Origin: an uncultured Planctomycetia bacterium
GTDB taxonomy: Bacteria > Omnitrophota > Gorgyraeia > 2-01-FULL-45-10
Direction of reading: 5' to 3'
Length of the DNA stretch: 57,330 nucleotides
Assembly (NCBI GenBank): GCA_964534705.1
Contig: CAZHPY010000001.1
Location: forward strand, 1-57,330
The stretch's first letter is position 1. Every line of letters starts with the position of its first letter. Under the pieces are notes generated by a model. That model was given only the letters and a program-made list of their open reading frames with translations. It ran no database searches and was not told the DNA's origin. Positions 53,834-57,330 of the stretch are shown piece by piece. The position numbers and the translations under genes are program-made.

Positions 53834-55129
53834 TTAAGCTCTCCCCATCCCCACATACCTGAACCCGAGCTTTTTCATCTCAAGCGGATCATATATATTT
53901 CTTCCATCAACAACGACAGCCTGCCTCATAAGTTTTTTGATCTTTTTAAAGTCCAGCTCCTTGAACTCATTCCATTCCGTTGCCACAACAAGGCAATCGC
54001 TGTCCTTTGCCGCCTCGTAAGCGTCTTTGCAGAACCTGACGTTTCCTTTCAGGTGCTCCCTGGCCTTGCCCATTGAAACGGGGTCATACACTTTAACACG
54101 TACCCCTTCCTTAAGAAGGGTATCTATTATTTCCAGCGAGGGGGCCTCTCTAAGATCATCTGTCCCGGGTTTAAACGACAGGCCCAATATACCCACTGTC
54201 TTTTTGGGTAGATTCCAGAGCAACCCTTCTATCTTTTTTATAGCCAGCTTTTTCTGTTCTTTATTGACATTAAAAACTTCTTTTAACAATCCGAAATCGT
54301 AGCCTACCTTCTCAGCTATATGGATGAATGCTGCCAGGTCCTTCGGAAAACATGATCCTCCAAAACCTATCCCTGCATTAAGAAAATCCTTGGATATCCT
54401 CCTGTCCAGGCCCATGCCGCGCGCGACATCGACGATATCCGCGCCTACCTTATCGCATATATTTGCTACGGCATTTATAAAAGATATTTTTGTGGCAAGA
54501 AATGAATTTGAGGCATGCTTGATAAGTTCTGCCGATTTTATGTCCGTAACCACGATCTGCGCCTTAAGAGGTTTATATAGCTCCCTGAGTATATCGGCCG
54601 CTTTTTTGGACCTTACCCCTACTACGATCCTGTCCGGGTTCATAAAATCATCTATTGCGGAACCTTCCTTCAGGAATTCGGGATTAGACGCAACGTCGAA
54701 TTTTATCTTCCGCTTATTAAAGACATTTATGGTGTGTTCTACCCATTCCCCTGTATTTACGGGAACGGTGGATTTTTCTACTATAAGCCTATAGGAAGGC
54801 ATAGCCAGGGCTATCTCTCTTGCAACATTTTCCACATAGGTCAGGTCGGCATCGCCATTATCTTTGGATGGGGTCCCAACTGAGATAAAAATAACCTCGG
54901 ACCTCTTTACGCCTTCCCTGAGCTTACTGCTGAATGAGAGCCTGCCTTCTTTTACGTTACGCTTTACCAATTCATCGAGGCCGGGCTCATAAATCGGCAT
55001 TATTCCATTTTTTAGCTTTACGATCTTACTTTTGTTATTATCAACACACATAACATTGTTGCCAAGATCGGCAAAGCAAGCACCTGTAACAAGGCCAACA
55101 TATCCGGAACCAACGATGCATATATTCAT
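53834..55129 (-). CDS. ugd: UDP-glucose 6-dehydrogenase
   Basis: 431-aa ORF with MNICIVGSGYVGLVTGACFADLGN and GFGGSCFPKD. A GGAGG Shine-Dalgarno lies 7 nt upstream. Confidence 0.92.
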   Translation of the reverse strand: MNICIVGSGYVGLVTGACFADLGNNVMCVDNNKSKIVKLKNGIMPIYEPGLDELVKRNVKEGRLSFSSKLREGVKRSEVIFISVGTPSKDNGDADLTYVENVAREIALAMPSYRLIVEKSTVPVNTGEWVEHTINVFNKRKIKFDVASNPEFLKEGSAIDDFMNPDRIVVGVRSKKAADILRELYKPLKAQIVVTDIKSAELIKHASNSFLATKISFINAVANICDKVGADIVDVARGMGLDRRISKDFLNAGIGFGGSCFPKDLAAFIHIAEKVGYDFGLLKEVFNVNKEQKKLAIKKIEGLLWNLPKKTVGILGLSFKPGTDDLREAPSLEIIDTLLKEGVRVKVYDPVSMGKAREHLKGNVRFCKDAYEAAKDSDCLVVATEWNEFKELDFKKIKKLMRQAVVVDGRNIYDPLEMKKLGFRYVGMGRA

Positions 55130-55154
55130 ATTATGCCTCCATTTAAAGGTAAAT

Positions 55155-55183
55155 ATTATAGCAGGAAAGGATTGGAAGGTCTA
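55155..55183 (-). promoter_or_regulatory. Candidate sigma70-like promoter for ugd and downstream genes
   Basis: Minus strand reads TAGACC (55183-55178), 17 nt, then TATAAT (55160-55155), in the 68-bp gap between lptD and ugd. Confidence 0.35.
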
Positions 55184-55197
55184 TAATAAAATATAGG

Positions 55198-57330
55198 CTA
55201 CCGGGAAAGGCCTACGGACGAGCTTTCCCTGTACGCAAGGTCTCCGGGTTCGCCTGCCCTGGTCCTTGAATATGATCTCCTGAGCCCAAGAGGCGTCTGC
55301 GGGAATGCCTTGAGCCTAAAAGCTATCCAGAAGGTCTGGCTTACTATGGAGCCATTATCCTCAGAGGGCCTGATGTCATAAGTGAACTCAACTGTCCAAC
55401 AGTGCAGATCCCTGTAGATAGTATATTCGTGCTCATCAAAAGACCATTTATCCATGTTCATACGCCAGTAGCCTCTTATCTTCCATAGCTCATTTATCTT
55501 ATATATAGCATCTGCGGTCAGGTAATTAAGCTTCTCTGTGTTTGAATCCGGATTACGGTCATTTTCATATCTATAGCCAAACGCAAGGGACCTGTCCTCC
55601 TCTTTTCCTCCTACAAAGTCTATGCTGGCTGTTTGCGGTAGCGCTCTCTTGGTATCCATGCCCATCTTGCAGAGTGTATATAACCATGGATACGGCGTTA
55701 ATTCAAGCTGCATATCAACCGTCCTGAATATCTGATCCTTGAAGGCGCGATTATTATTCTTCAACCTGTATACAAAGTCAGTACTGATTATAAAATCGAC
55801 CAGATCGACCGAAACTAATTTATCCCCAACATGTCTTTTTGTCTGAATTTTATTCTCAAGGGCAAGGATGAATTCGTCGTTTGTTTTGATCGCGTCCACC
55901 GCGTCAAACTGATGGAGGCTGTCCGCGTCGACTGTAGGCTGGGGCGTATATAAATACTGTACCGTCGGAGTGATTATGTGCCTTACTTTATTGATGTCCA
56001 GGTCCAGTACATTCGTATTTATATCATATACCTTATAAAATTTTGTGGAAACGTCAACGCCTGCATCGAAAACCCCTCTTATGAAATTAGTGTGCCCGTA
56101 TTTATTCCGCGAATAATATGTCTGACGTGTCGCAGCAAAGGGGGTAAAATTCAACGAATTAAGGACCCTTATGGGATAAGAAACCTTATTATAGGTATCT
56201 AGCCGTATAACGTCTATGTCCTTTTGTCCGCTGACGCTGGTATTGGGGAATGTATGGTTCAGATATACAGGCGTAAAATCAGCGTCGTAATAAAACGGCG
56301 TGTTCGGGATCTTCCATTTTGATATGTTTATGTTGTATTCCGGAAGCCTCTCAACGACATCGAAATATTTATCCATGCGCTTCCTCATTAAAAATGTAGT
56401 AGTATAATTTTCTTTTGTCGTAACAAATGTTACATAATTATCGGGTTGCCTCTGTTCTTCCTGTTCCTTAAGGAAATAATACTTCATGAAGTTGTCGTCG
56501 CGGACCTTGTTAAGTTCAACGGTCGCCAAGGTATCATCGTTAACTTGCCATTCATGCCGCACTTGCAAGCGGTATTTTGATTCTGACCTGGTTTCAGGCT
56601 CATACGAAAGGCTGTCGTTTTCATGCGTGTAATAGAATTTGACTACGCCTTTGCCTGCGCCTTCCAGTTCATATTCGTTATCAAAGCCTACGGCCAAACC
56701 GTTCGCCGTCCTGTAGTCCAGCCTGTATCTGCCATGAAAATACCGGTTATAATCATATTTCATCGAAGCAAGGGCATAATACCCCCAATCCCTGTCATGG
56801 CCCGGCTGGACCGTCACATGCGCAGACTGTTCTTTTACCGGTTGGACGTAATAAGGAAGGTACATGATGGGACAATTGCCGACGTAAAAAGTTATATCCC
56901 TCGCAATGACTTTATCGTCAAAATATATCTTTATCTGTTTGGCCGCAACTCGATAATGGGGGTTTTCGAGATCGCAGGTGGTAATATAACCTTTCCGGAT
57001 CTCCGCCTGGTCTTCGCCCTGCTTTTCAACGTCCTGGGACCTGCCATAGAAAGGGACATAATTTACATAGGCATTTATAGCTTTACCGGTCCTGGCGTCA
57101 AAGTTGTAATTTATCTTTTCGCCTGTAAAATAAGCGTCTTTTTGGGTTATCTTGACATTGCCTTCGGCTACGGCTTCGCGCGTATCCAGATAGACCGTGA
57201 CCTTATCGCACGTAAGCCTGACATCTTCGTAATCTATCGATATATTATTCGTGCCAACGACTTTTTTCTGCTCATGGAAATATTCTACCTTGTCACCGTT
57301 GACGATGATGGGCGCCTTCTGCTTCATCTC
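55198..57330 (-). CDS. lptD: LPS-assembly outer-membrane protein LptD (OstA family); the 5-prime end probably lies beyond the window
   Basis: 709-aa ORF. The OstA_N-like beta-jellyroll segment is VNGDKVEYF...VRLTCDKVTVYLDTREAVAEGNVKITQKDAYFTGEKINYNF. A long Tyr/Asn/Asp-rich beta-barrel-like C-terminus follows. No signal peptide is seen at the first Met, so the gene is likely truncated at the edge. Confidence 0.8.
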   Translation of the reverse strand, partial: EMKQKAPIIVNGDKVEYFHEQKKVVGTNNISIDYEDVRLTCDKVTVYLDTREAVAEGNVKITQKDAYFTGEKINYNFDARTGKAINAYVNYVPFYGRSQDVEKQGEDQAEIRKGYITTCDLENPHYRVAAKQIKIYFDDKVIARDITFYVGNCPIMYLPYYVQPVKEQSAHVTVQPGHDRDWGYYALASMKYDYNRYFHGRYRLDYRTANGLAVGFDNEYELEGAGKGVVKFYYTHENDSLSYEPETRSESKYRLQVRHEWQVNDDTLATVELNKVRDDNFMKYYFLKEQEEQRQPDNYVTFVTTKENYTTTFLMRKRMDKYFDVVERLPEYNINISKWKIPNTPFYYDADFTPVYLNHTFPNTSVSGQKDIDVIRLDTYNKVSYPIRVLNSLNFTPFAATRQTYYSRNKYGHTNFIRGVFDAGVDVSTKFYKVYDINTNVLDLDINKVRHIITPTVQYLYTPQPTVDADSLHQFDAVDAIKTNDEFILALENKIQTKRHVGDKLVSVDLVDFIISTDFVYRLKNNNRAFKDQIFRTVDMQLELTPYPWLYTLCKMGMDTKRALPQTASIDFVGGKEEDRSLAFGYRYENDRNPDSNTEKLNYLTADAIYKINELWKIRGYWRMNMDKWSFDEHEYTIYRDLHCWTVEFTYDIRPSEDNGSIVSQTFWIAFRLKAFPQTPLGLRRSYSRTRAGEPGDLAYRESSSVGLSR

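Noticed and set aside
1-57330. CRISPR arrays, tRNA/rRNA genes, IS elements, integrases, prophage or defence-system genes
   Set aside because: - I found no direct-repeat/spacer periodicity, no cloverleaf-like or rRNA-like segments in the very short intergenic space, and no transposase- or recombinase-like ORFs.
- Every large ORF has a glycan-related or membrane assignment.

Overview
This 57.3 kb window is gene-dense, and every gene I can support (about 53 CDS) lies on the minus strand. They run from a 5-prime-truncated lptD (OstA/LPS-assembly family) at the right edge to a WbaP-type polyprenyl-phosphate sugar phosphotransferase at the left edge. Many neighbouring genes overlap by 4-8 nt (ATGA-type), and only three intergenic gaps exceed about 60 bp. 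I recognised no rRNA, tRNA, CRISPR array, transposase or integrase.

The window is one very large surface-glycan biosynthesis supercluster from a diderm bacterium. The product could be an LPS O-antigen, an EPS, or a protein-linked glycan. Taxon is not assignable from sequence alone; G+C looks moderate to low and is visibly uneven along the window.

Recognisable modules, in transcription order:
- ugd plus an SpsIJKL-like dTDP-rhamnose set.
- A WbpO/TviB-like dehydrogenase with a WbpP/TviC-like 4-epimerase.
- A UXS-type UDP-glucuronate decarboxylase, a DegT aminotransferase and two tandem GT-C membrane proteins (Arn-like logic).
- A MarR-type EPS regulator translationally coupled to a GDP-mannose 3,5-epimerase homologue.
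- A PglK/MsbA-type ABC exporter.
- A block of two SPASM/twitch radical SAM enzymes and a methyltransferase.
- A Neu/Leg-type nonulosonic acid (NulO) cassette (NeuC, NeuB, a CMP-NulO synthetase) carrying its own amidotransferase/HisH/HisF triad and an embedded B12-radical SAM enzyme.
- A second B12-radical SAM enzyme with three methyltransferases and a large orphan GT-B-like protein.
- GT4/GT2 glycosyltransferases and a Wzy_C-family membrane protein.
- A polyprenyl-P-sugar GT2 plus GT-C pair.
- An MBOAT plus SGNH O-acylation pair.
- A WlbA/WlbB-like pair followed by a second, divergent WbpG/HisH/HisF acetamidino triad.
- A TagA/WecG-type transferase and the initiating phosphotransferase.

The most unusual content is four radical SAM enzymes and six class I methyltransferases woven into nucleotide-sugar and NulO pathways. 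This suggests heavily edited sugars (C-methylated, acetamidino) that are not described, to my knowledge.
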